Positions 56,445 through 64,000 of a stretch of 64,000 nucleotides of DNA are shown here, piece by piece; within the stretch, counting starts at the first letter, position 1; every line of letters begins with the position of its first letter. The DNA comes from Bacteroidia bacterium (GTDB lineage Bacteria; Bacteroidota; Bacteroidia; Chitinophagales; Saprospiraceae). The notes beneath the pieces were generated by a model, which saw only the letters and a program-made list of their open reading frames with translations, was not told the DNA's origin and searched no databases. Both the position numbers and the translations under genes were made by a program. The DNA is taken from NCBI GenBank assembly GCA_030430845.1, contig JAUIKE010000001.1, positions 3,545 to 67,544 of the forward strand, in the 5' to 3' direction.

Positions 56445-58184
56445 CTAACCTACCGGGCTAAAAGCATTTTTTGCACAAATAGCTAAGCGGGAACGGAAGC
56501 CATTGTATTCAGGTACTCTTTCCACTGATTGTGGATCAGTGATCACACATCCTGTGTTACAGCTGGCGGCTAGTCTCTGCACTTCTTCAAAGCGGACCCG
56601 GTTGAATTCTTCTGTTACGAAATGGTCGTTGAGAAACTGAGTCAAGCCGTTCACCTCGTTGGCCAGGCCATCTTCCATGGCTCTAAAACCATCATAAACG
56701 AACTTGGTAAAGGCTTCAGAAGGCGCTTCCTTGCCCCTGCCTATTCCTACGTAAGAAACCTCCAGAGGTTCAAAAAACGATTCTTTGAATAAATTGCAGG
56801 CATCCACGATTCCTTTCAGAGAACCAGCCTTCTGAAGGATGTCCTCTATGCCATCCATGTACGCTTTATGGGCAGTGCCAAAGAAAATGTAATCGGCCTC
56901 TTTGACGGCGGCTTCCAGGTCGTTGGTAAAGTGTTGGTTCACCTGAAATTTCAACAGGTTTTGGTCATCCGGTTTTACGTAAGGATCCTGTAAGGTCACT
57001 TCGCAGCCTTTATCTAACAATTGCTGAGCCAGCACGATGGAAGGCGAGTTGCGGGTATCCTCTGAGTTAAAGCGGTAGGCCGTTCCTAAAACCGCTATTT
57101 TTTTGCCGGAAATATCTCCGAAAGAGCGCTCGGCCAGTGCGATGGTTTCGGCCGGAGACTCATCATTGATCGTTCTGGACTGGATGATCAGACTGTTGCT
57201 GGTATCCGCTCCGGCCTCAATTTTTCTCCACCATAACAAAATGCCGTCCTTTGGCAGGCAATGCCCTCCAACCCCGACCATCGGGATCAGGATGCCGCCG
57301 CTTGGCACCGCATTCGGGTCATCGGAGGCGCTGTCTTCCTGCGCCAGTTTTTCGTTCACGGCATCTCTGACGGCATAAAAATCGATGTTGTGCTCATCAC
57401 AATAGCGAACGATCTCGGAGGAGTAGGCAATGCGCACATCCCGGTAGGCATTTTCCAGCGTTTTCGTCACCTCTGCTGTCATACTATTGGTTGGATGCAG
57501 GGTCCCATCCGTAACGATATGAGCATAAACTTCCTTGATCATACGAGGCGTTTCGGGATGCAGGCCCGCCACCAGTTTGTCCGATTCGGTGACGCGCTCT
57601 ACGAGCCGGCCCGGCATGACGCGGTTGGGGCTGTTGCCAAGCAGGATGTCTTTTCCCTCTATGAGTCCGTATTCGGCAAAGTGATCCCTCATCAGGGTAG
57701 CCATGGAAGACGGTGCCAAGGTAGATTCAAAAACGATGAGCGGAACTTTACCGGCCGGCTTCTTTTGCAATGCTTTGGCCAGGGAAGTTAGCCCACCAAA
57801 CATCGGTCCGTAGTCCGGCTCAAAGCTATCGGCCTTTTTATCCGTTTGGATACACACCAGGATCATATCGGCATCGGAAAGTTCGTCATAATCGTGACTG
57901 GCGGATAAAAGGCCTTCGGCAACGACCTCCTCTACTACAGAGTTCAGGCCCGGCTCAATCCCGCCAATAACGGATTTCCCTGAATTAATAGCGTCCACTT
58001 TCCAGCCGGAATTAAGGGAGTTCCGTTGAATAACCATGACCCTGGCGGGCTGGTCAGTACCGATCTTGATTCTGGCGTCGGCCAATAAAGCTGCCATAGG
58101 CATTCCTACGATTCCGGGGCCGATCACGGCAATTTTTTCTACTTTCCAATCGAATTGGATGTCATCGCTTAGTTTAATGTTCAT
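56445..58184 (-). CDS. nucleotide-sugar dehydrogenase (UDP-glucose/GDP-mannose dehydrogenase family, WecC-like) with ~130-aa C-terminal extension
   Basis: NAD fold KIAVIGPGIVGMPMAALLA, catalytic Cys motif GVGGHCLPKDG, and C-terminal domain KIAVLGTAYRFNSEDTRNSP. At 579 aa it is longer than the roughly 400-450 aa usual for this family. Confidence 0.85.
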   Translation of the reverse strand: MNIKLSDDIQFDWKVEKIAVIGPGIVGMPMAALLADARIKIGTDQPARVMVIQRNSLNSGWKVDAINSGKSVIGGIEPGLNSVVEEVVAEGLLSASHDYDELSDADMILVCIQTDKKADSFEPDYGPMFGGLTSLAKALQKKPAGKVPLIVFESTLAPSSMATLMRDHFAEYGLIEGKDILLGNSPNRVMPGRLVERVTESDKLVAGLHPETPRMIKEVYAHIVTDGTLHPTNSMTAEVTKTLENAYRDVRIAYSSEIVRYCDEHNIDFYAVRDAVNEKLAQEDSASDDPNAVPSGGILIPMVGVGGHCLPKDGILLWWRKIEAGADTSNSLIIQSRTINDESPAETIALAERSFGDISGKKIAVLGTAYRFNSEDTRNSPSIVLAQQLLDKGCEVTLQDPYVKPDDQNLLKFQVNQHFTNDLEAAVKEADYIFFGTAHKAYMDGIEDILQKAGSLKGIVDACNLFKESFFEPLEVSYVGIGRGKEAPSEAFTKFVYDGFRAMEDGLANEVNGLTQFLNDHFVTEEFNRVRFEEVQRLAASCNTGCVITDPQSVERVPEYNGFRSRLAICAKNAFSPVG

Positions 58185-58187
58185 AAC

Positions 58188-59045
58188 TCATTTTTTTCTT
58201 AATAAAACCCAGAAAAGATCTTCGGCCGGATAAGGGATTTCCCACTGATCCGGAATGACCCTGGATATACTAAAGATGGATTTCAGAAGAGGTTTGTCTT
58301 TTAATTTATAATTGATCAAGGATTTTGCGTGTCCTGCCCCAATCTTTTTCGAGGGACGACCAGTGGCAATGACCTCCATACCGTGTTGGGCGCCGAAAAA
58401 GCGGATGCTGTCGGGCGAAAACCAGTGCAAAACCGAAGGGGGGCTGTACTCATGCCAGTTTTTTCCGAAAAAGCGAGCCATTTTGCTATCCTTATTCCAG
58501 GTTTCGATCAGCCAATACCCTTCAGGAGCTGTTAGAGAAGCCAATTTTTCCAGTCCTTTATTGAGGTCGTACAAATGAGGCAAGACTTGTATAATGCTAA
58601 TGAGGTTAAACAGCTCTGTCGATTCAAAATCTTCCAATGGGGTCGAGTACATGTCCAGGTTCAATTGCTTCCGGCCGTACTGCACCATCTTAGGGTTTGG
58701 TTCGATGCCGGTACCCTGCCAGCCTGATTCGGTAAAACCTTTTAACAAAAAGCCGGCGGCAGCTCCTACATCCAGTATTCTTGCCGGGCTGGTATATTTT
58801 TCCAAAACCTTGCTGTAGTATTTACCTCTTTTTATCAACATATCGCCTTCGCTCAAATAATCAGAATAGCCGGCTTCTCCTCCTTCAAAATAATCGTCGC
58901 CATACACGGCTTCCACATGGGCAGGATTATAAGGCACATCTGCAAAGCGATGCCCGCACTGCATACAATCGAGAATGGGATATCCTTCTTTCTCGAATTT
59001 TTTTTCTTCCGTTCGGTCTTTCTGACAATTTTTGCAAGTAAACAT
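58188..59045 (-). CDS. class I SAM-dependent methyltransferase with N-terminal zinc-ribbon
   Basis: CKNC...CMQC four-Cys ribbon and motif I ILDVGAAAGF. The start is taken at Met9, giving a TAATG overlap with the upstream gene stop; the listed start is 59069. Confidence 0.82.
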   Translation of the reverse strand: MFTCKNCQKDRTEEKKFEKEGYPILDCMQCGHRFADVPYNPAHVEAVYGDDYFEGGEAGYSDYLSEGDMLIKRGKYYSKVLEKYTSPARILDVGAAAGFLLKGFTESGWQGTGIEPNPKMVQYGRKQLNLDMYSTPLEDFESTELFNLISIIQVLPHLYDLNKGLEKLASLTAPEGYWLIETWNKDSKMARFFGKNWHEYSPPSVLHWFSPDSIRFFGAQHGMEVIATGRPSKKIGAGHAKSLINYKLKDKPLLKSIFSISRVIPDQWEIPYPAEDLFWVLLRKK

Positions 59046-60559
59046 TAGTTGGCCTTTAAGGTATACCAATTGCCTTCTTCAGAGCTGCGCATTAATCGAT
59101 ATTTATTCCTCAATAAATCGCTCAATGCAGGGCGCTCCTCCAGGAAGCGGGGATCGGTATAACCAATTTCCAAAAATATATAAGGTACATTTCCTTCATC
59201 CAATTGATCTGCCAATTCAGACCAAAGCTCGGTCGTCAACAACTCAAAAGACCACCCAATAATAGCAGCGCCCTGGAACCTGCCGGACAGATGGTAATAA
59301 AGGGGATTCCCCCCCACATAAATAGGCCCAGGAATACTTTCCGGTGATTTGAGAAAAGCAACTTCCTGCTGTATACGACTATAAGCCGGGTTATGATAAT
59401 TATGAAATTCAATTTGATTTTCGTTGCCAATCGCCATTTTATATTTAACCAAAGGTGGTATTTTTTTGCCGGCAAACCAGCCATAGGCCGCAGCCATTGT
59501 TAACACGGCAACGAAAAAAAAGTATCGCCATCTACCTTGATTGTATCGATCTAAAAAGAAATCGAGCCCAATAGTAGCCAGGGTACCTAAGGGCACTAAA
59601 AACAACAAGAATTGATAATCCCAGTAGGAGAACTTCTGCATATAAACCACCCACATCCCTGTCAGGCACCACAGAATCATACTCCCGATCAATTCCTTGT
59701 TTTTCTTATTCAAGTGAAGCAGTCCAGCAAAAGCCATCAATCCAAGCGGCCCAAAAATGACCATAGCTTTTAAAGTGGCTTTCAAGAAGACGGAAAAATC
59801 CTTTTGGTTTACCTCCTGGATAATTGTAAAGGGAATCTCAAAATAAGTGTTTTGCACCAGGGATAAAATATCGTTTGAGAGGACGTATAGCATAAACCAG
59901 GTCGGTAGTATCACATTTCCCAGAATAATAGGCAACCAAACATACTGCAACACCTTTTTCCAGGAAAATTGAAACGAAGGGAGGGCTGAGTGAGTCAGGT
60001 AAATGGCATAAAGCCCTAATACAGGCAAAAAAGCCAACTTATAAAATAACACTACACTGAAAAACAGGCCGGCCGGCAGTTGTATTAAAAATACGTTTTT
60101 TCCCTTTTCCAAAGCGTAAAAAGGCAAGGTCATACTGACAAACAAGGGGAACCCTACTAAACCTTCTACCTGGGTAAATTTATGAGGATTCATAATCGCG
60201 TAATACACGCCAACGGTCAATAATGGGAAAAACCAGGCGACTTTGGGGTTTTTGAATACCTCTAATTTCTTTAAGATCCATACCCCATAAACCGCGAACA
60301 AAGCCCAGTAAATGAGTTCAAAGAAATGGACACCCCATTCTGAAAAACCGGCTACTTTCCCTGCTGCATAATAGAATAAGTAAATACCAGGCTGCTTCAC
60401 ATCCCAGATATCTTTGTAGGGTATAAAACCCTCATCCATCATTTGCCCAAAAAGGATAAAAAAGGCCTGATCACCGGTGAAGGGGTCATTTAAGTGAATG
60501 AGCCCCAGCAGAATTACGACTACCAGGCTTCCGTAAATGATTGCCTTTTGCTTATCCAT
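59045..60559 (-). CDS. polytopic membrane protein, possible GT-C-fold glycosyltransferase (ArnT/PMT-like)
   Basis: About 11-12 TM helices followed by a ~130-aa soluble C-terminal domain. It sits in a glycan locus with a TAATG overlap with asnB. The function is inferred from topology and context only. Confidence 0.55.
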   Translation of the reverse strand: MDKQKAIIYGSLVVVILLGLIHLNDPFTGDQAFFILFGQMMDEGFIPYKDIWDVKQPGIYLFYYAAGKVAGFSEWGVHFFELIYWALFAVYGVWILKKLEVFKNPKVAWFFPLLTVGVYYAIMNPHKFTQVEGLVGFPLFVSMTLPFYALEKGKNVFLIQLPAGLFFSVVLFYKLAFLPVLGLYAIYLTHSALPSFQFSWKKVLQYVWLPIILGNVILPTWFMLYVLSNDILSLVQNTYFEIPFTIIQEVNQKDFSVFLKATLKAMVIFGPLGLMAFAGLLHLNKKNKELIGSMILWCLTGMWVVYMQKFSYWDYQFLLFLVPLGTLATIGLDFFLDRYNQGRWRYFFFVAVLTMAAAYGWFAGKKIPPLVKYKMAIGNENQIEFHNYHNPAYSRIQQEVAFLKSPESIPGPIYVGGNPLYYHLSGRFQGAAIIGWSFELLTTELWSELADQLDEGNVPYIFLEIGYTDPRFLEERPALSDLLRNKYRLMRSSEEGNWYTLKAN

Positions 60560-62439
60560 TATTGATCAATAAATTGAAGAAACCACAATTCGATGCAAAG
60601 AGCGCCCCATAAAGTACGCCCAAAGGCTCGTTCCTTTTCAATAAGCTGCTCCATCCGCCCCATATCGAAAATGCCTCGTTCCCGGCATTTTTTCGATAAT
60701 AAAATATCTTTAATAAAATCGGCGGCTCCGTTTTTGGCCCACAAATGAAGGGGAACAGGAAAGCCCATCTTATCCTTTCTTTCCAGTATTGGCCGGGGTA
60801 AAATATTTTTAGCTGCCTTCTTGAGCATGTATTTCATCTCTCCACCCTGGAATTTCATGGCCACCGGCATAGAGGCAATCAGGTCTACAATTCTTCGATC
60901 TAAAAGAGGCACTCTGGATTCCAGGGAAACGGCCATGCTTACCCGGTCTTCCACATGCAGCAAGCCCGGCAGGCTGCCGAACATGTCAAAGTGAGTCATT
61001 TTATTGTAGTACGATAAAGTGTTGGGGTTGTTAAAGATTTTTTGAAAATTGCAAAATATCGCTTCACGATTGTACATCTGCCTGAAGTCCGCAGTATACA
61101 AGTCAAGAGCGCTCTCACTGCGATCTATGAGGTGGAAGTAGCGCATATCCATCTCTTCGAACAAGCCCTTTGTCCAGAATTGGCGCATCATGGGTACGTA
61201 TTGCTTCAAAACGGCCATGTTCGGAACGATGGACATCAGGGAGACTATGTGCTCCCCCTCATCATTGGTTTCATAAATGGCCCCTTTCATAGCCTGCTCG
61301 AGATAAGCGACCAGATAGCGGGTGTATCCTCCGAAGATCTCATCACCGCCCTGCCCGCCCAGTACCACTTTGACATTTTCGGAAGCTTCTTTGGATACCA
61401 TATACTGCGGGAACAGGCCCGGCCCTACCACCGGCTCATCCATGTGATAGATGAGTTTGGGCAACAGATCCACAAAATCTGCTTCGGTGGGGTAAATTTT
61501 GAACATTTCCGCATGGCAGGCTTTTGCCACCACTTCGGCATGTGGTGTTTCGTCAAACTCCTGCCCTTCGCGGAAAGCTCCGGTAAAGGTTCTCAGACCA
61601 TTACTTACGTGCCGGGAGGCCAGCATGGTCACCAGGCTCGAGTCCATCCCGCCGCTTAGGTAGGTACCCAGCGGCACATCACTTCGCATTTGTATCTTGA
61701 CCGTATCCTCCAACAGGCGCTGGGTTTCATACACAAAATACTCTTCGGTGTGATGGTGATCAACCCGGAAGTCGGGCTCCCAATATTTGACAGTCCGGTG
61801 GGTATGTGTCTGAAGGTCAAATACGGTATAATGCCCCGGTAAAAGTTTGTAGATATCTTTAAATAGAGTGCTCTGTCCCAAGATGAATTGAAAGGTTAGG
61901 TACTCATTCAGTGACTCCTGACTGGGGCGGGCTTCTACCTGAGGATGAACTAGCAAAGCCTTGATCTCGGAAGCGAAAAGGATCAGATCTTCTTTTTCAT
62001 AATAATAGAGCGGTTTGATACCAAAATGATCGCGGGCAGCGATTAGACGTTGATGTTGCTGATCGAAGATCAAGAAAGCAAACATTCCATTGAGCTTTTC
62101 AACGGCTTTTTCACCCCAGGCATGGTATGCTTTGAGGATAACCTCCGTATCGGAATGGGTTTTGAATTGATGCCCCTGCTGGATGAGTTCTTGCTTGAGT
62201 TCGAGATAATTGTAGATCTCGCCATTGAAAACGATGGTCAGAGCGCCGTCGGACATCGGCTGATGGCCGGTTTGCAGGTCAATAATAGAGAGTCGCTTGT
62301 GATAAAACCCGATGTTTTGTTGGATGTAGCAGCCTTCATCATCGGGGCCGCGATGATGAAGGGTATCGGCCATTTTTTTGAGCAGGGGCTCTTCGACTGT
62401 TCGGGTATTTTTGTGGTAGATGCCTATGATTCCGCACAT
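60559..62439 (-). CDS. asnB: asparagine synthase (glutamine-hydrolysing) family amidotransferase
   Basis: The sequence from Met19, MCGIIGIY, supplies the Ntn nucleophile Cys2. The GATase-2 domain (HRGPDD, RLSIIDL) and the synthetase PP-loop SGGMDSS are present. In glycan loci such paralogues often amidate sugars rather than make Asn. Confidence 0.85.
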   Translation of the reverse strand: MCGIIGIYHKNTRTVEEPLLKKMADTLHHRGPDDEGCYIQQNIGFYHKRLSIIDLQTGHQPMSDGALTIVFNGEIYNYLELKQELIQQGHQFKTHSDTEVILKAYHAWGEKAVEKLNGMFAFLIFDQQHQRLIAARDHFGIKPLYYYEKEDLILFASEIKALLVHPQVEARPSQESLNEYLTFQFILGQSTLFKDIYKLLPGHYTVFDLQTHTHRTVKYWEPDFRVDHHHTEEYFVYETQRLLEDTVKIQMRSDVPLGTYLSGGMDSSLVTMLASRHVSNGLRTFTGAFREGQEFDETPHAEVVAKACHAEMFKIYPTEADFVDLLPKLIYHMDEPVVGPGLFPQYMVSKEASENVKVVLGGQGGDEIFGGYTRYLVAYLEQAMKGAIYETNDEGEHIVSLMSIVPNMAVLKQYVPMMRQFWTKGLFEEMDMRYFHLIDRSESALDLYTADFRQMYNREAIFCNFQKIFNNPNTLSYYNKMTHFDMFGSLPGLLHVEDRVSMAVSLESRVPLLDRRIVDLIASMPVAMKFQGGEMKYMLKKAAKNILPRPILERKDKMGFPVPLHLWAKNGAADFIKDILLSKKCRERGIFDMGRMEQLIEKERAFGRTLWGALCIELWFLQFIDQ

Positions 62440-62746
62440 GGGTTTTATTTTTATTCTTTGTGAATTCTCCACAACTCTAATTCCTTTAATCAAAAAGGAA
62501 TTAAATGCTAAGCTGAGCGTTATTACCTAGGACACAAAAAAGTTTTTGGGAGGAAGAGAGGGAATGCATTAGACATTAAAATTATCCTGGCAGATCGAAT
62601 AATTTATTCACTCAAGAAAGCTGATCATTTTGCTGGCCTGAAGAAATACTTTAAACAATTTCGCAGTATGAATTTTATTATTCTTCGAAAAAAAACCACT
62701 AGTGTTTCAAAAAACGGTCACTTTTTTTTTAAAAAGCTGAATAAAA

Positions 62747-62791
62747 ATGGGGCTGTCTCATAACTTCTTTGTTGTTACAAGACAGCCCCAT
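62747..62791 (-). terminator. terminator hairpin downstream of the DUF4910-like gene
   Basis: 12-bp stem atggggctgtct / agacagccccat with a 21-nt loop. TTTTATT follows on the minus strand. Confidence 0.6.
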
Positions 62792-62835
62792 CGTCTTCTT
62801 TTTTCTATGCCTTACTGATGTATGTTTCTAGAGAA

Positions 62836-64000
62836 TCATTTGTCCATTTTTAATAGTAACTTTTTCTCAACTAAAATTTCAGCCATTTTTTTGATAACAA
62901 AAAAATCAAAGCCAGATTTTTGAGCTATGTCCAACAAGGAATGTTGCCCATCCGAAAAATTCAAAATCCACAGCATAGCCAGTTGCATATTCCGCTGGTC
63001 GCTCTGCCCTCCTATAGCCGTATAGAGGCCGCGTTTGCCTAATTGAGGTTCGCACTTAGGGTTTACATTTTGGTAATAAAAATTACCTTCCAGAACCTCG
63101 ACGATCCTTTTATATACTTCAAGTGATAATTCAAGACAAACCGGCTGGATCAATTCCAGGTCATCCGCAGAAGTGTGGTACTCCGGATATTGTCCAAACT
63201 GTGAACGGGTAAGGTTGCCAACCGGCAAATTAAAGCCGGGTGAACAATACTGCCTTTCATCATACCCATAGGGGGAGAAATCCCGAATGGTATAAGGCCA
63301 TTCCGAATGATTAAGCACATGTTCAACGACCTGGTCGATGGTCGCATTTCCCCGACGGCTTTTTTTGTAGGTAAAATCTCCTGAATCCCCCAGCAGAGAG
63401 GCGACTAAGCCGTGTTTAATTTTCTTCGTTTGGGCTTCATTGTGGGCCAACCAGGCTATCGAGCCAATGGTTCCAGGGATAAAAAGGAAACGGTAAGAAA
63501 GTTGATTTTTTTGTTTTAACAGATCTTTTGCCAAGTAAGTTAGTACCGCAATGCCTGACAGGTTATCATTCGCTAGGGAAGGATGGCAAACATGAGCAGA
63601 GAACAAAACTTCATCATCAGAGGTTCCCGGAATAAGTAATTCGCCATAAGTCAATGATCCATTTTCCAGAGTAGAATCGATGTACACCTCATATTCACCA
63701 TTATTTAAACTTTCTAATTGACGGTGGGTGAGACAGAACCCCCAGTTTTCCTGGTAATAAGAGGTTCGGTAAGGAATCCAATCTGGATTTTCAGGGAGGG
63801 AATAAAGGTGTTTCTTTAATTGAGAAAGGGATAGATGCCCATGAAAGGGGATACTATAATTAAGAAGATGGAGGTTATGATTTACAAAATCTACAATTTT
63901 TTTTCCGCCAGGATCTTTGATCCAGGCTTCATTTACATTCCATTCTTTGGGGATAGTCCAGTCAAAAACCTGGGTGCCGGTGGGGATCTCAATGAGGTCC
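62836..64000 (-). CDS. aminopeptidase-fold (M28-like) DUF4910/DUF2172-type protein with C-terminal winged helix, 5' end beyond the window
   Basis: I translated the frame by hand and it stays open from the listed GTG (63687) to nt 63999 (...DLIEIPTGTQVFDWTIPKEWNVNEAWIKDPGGKKI...GFCLTHRQLESLNNGEYEV-YIDST...). Motifs HVCHPSLANDNLSG and C-terminal SLLDIAQKSGFDFFVIKKMAEILVEKKLL are present. The family name is recalled from memory, not searched. Confidence 0.7.
   Translation of the reverse strand, partial: DLIEIPTGTQVFDWTIPKEWNVNEAWIKDPGGKKIVDFVNHNLHLLNYSIPFHGHLSLSQLKKHLYSLPENPDWIPYRTSYYQENWGFCLTHRQLESLNNGEYEVYIDSTLENGSLTYGELLIPGTSDDEVLFSAHVCHPSLANDNLSGIAVLTYLAKDLLKQKNQLSYRFLFIPGTIGSIAWLAHNEAQTKKIKHGLVASLLGDSGDFTYKKSRRGNATIDQVVEHVLNHSEWPYTIRDFSPYGYDERQYCSPGFNLPVGNLTRSQFGQYPEYHTSADDLELIQPVCLELSLEVYKRIVEVLEGNFYYQNVNPKCEPQLGKRGLYTAIGGQSDQRNMQLAMLWILNFSDGQHSLLDIAQKSGFDFFVIKKMAEILVEKKLLLKMDK

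Noticed and set aside
1-64000. Mobile-element boundaries (integrase, transposase, tRNA-adjacent att sites) that would mark the NLR/caspase module as a defence island.
   Set aside because: None were found by reading the ORF translations or the sequence. The module is flanked by ordinary housekeeping-type genes, so island status cannot be claimed from this window.

Overview
This is a 64-kb chromosomal window from a Bacteroidota-type genome. The assignment rests on a SusC/SusD pair with ECF sigma/FecR control, many lipobox lipoproteins, tightly packed operons with TAATG/ATGA overlaps, and an absence of Shine-Dalgarno-rich leaders. The species cannot be identified from sequence alone. I found no rRNA, tRNA, CRISPR array, transposase or integrase.

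Gene content from left to right:
- proA (5' end truncated by the window edge) and proB, then a fatty-acid desaturase, an MBL-fold hydrolase and an M1 peptidase.
- A co-directional minus-strand cluster (5.7-13.9 kb): a TPR/LytS-type histidine kinase, a caspase-like protease, a 1322-aa NACHT-WD40 STAND NTPase, and a 165-aa catalytically dead caspase fragment.
- A G-rich tandem-repeat intergenic region, dodecin, a secreted basic protein and a BASS-family transporter.
- A polysaccharide-utilisation locus (17-29.8 kb): ECF sigma, anti-sigma, STN-SusC, SusD, a PIG-L deacetylase, an 888-aa lipoprotein, an MFS sugar transporter and a ROK kinase.
- An RND efflux operon with two tandem permeases plus MFP and TolC.
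- Four tandem paralogous beta-propeller lipoproteins in an AT-rich block.
- An APC permease, an aldo/keto-reductase-RidA fusion, an AraC regulator, a methyltransferase and small lipoprotein/hydrolase genes.
- A minus-strand glycan biosynthesis/modification locus (52.7-64 kb): WecB, polysaccharide deacetylase, FAD oxidoreductase, nucleotide-sugar dehydrogenase, methyltransferase, GT-C-like membrane protein, AsnB, and a DUF4910-like aminopeptidase-fold protein truncated at the window end.

The most interesting signal is the caspase / NACHT-WD40 / pseudo-caspase module. The caspase and the NLR-like protein share a 51-residue Gly/Asp/Asn-rich motif, 29/51 identical and ungapped by hand alignment. 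It sits after the effector domain in one protein and at the extreme N-terminus of the other. This is the arrangement seen in fungal NWD2/HET-S and in bacterial NLR-associated amyloid signalling pairs.

Secondary signals:
- A dispersed heptamer-repeat hairpin present twice.
- Several long intergenic palindromes and inverted-repeat-flanked elements.
- A gene-conversion block between two propeller paralogues.

All coordinates and identities were derived by eye or by hand. No database search was run.
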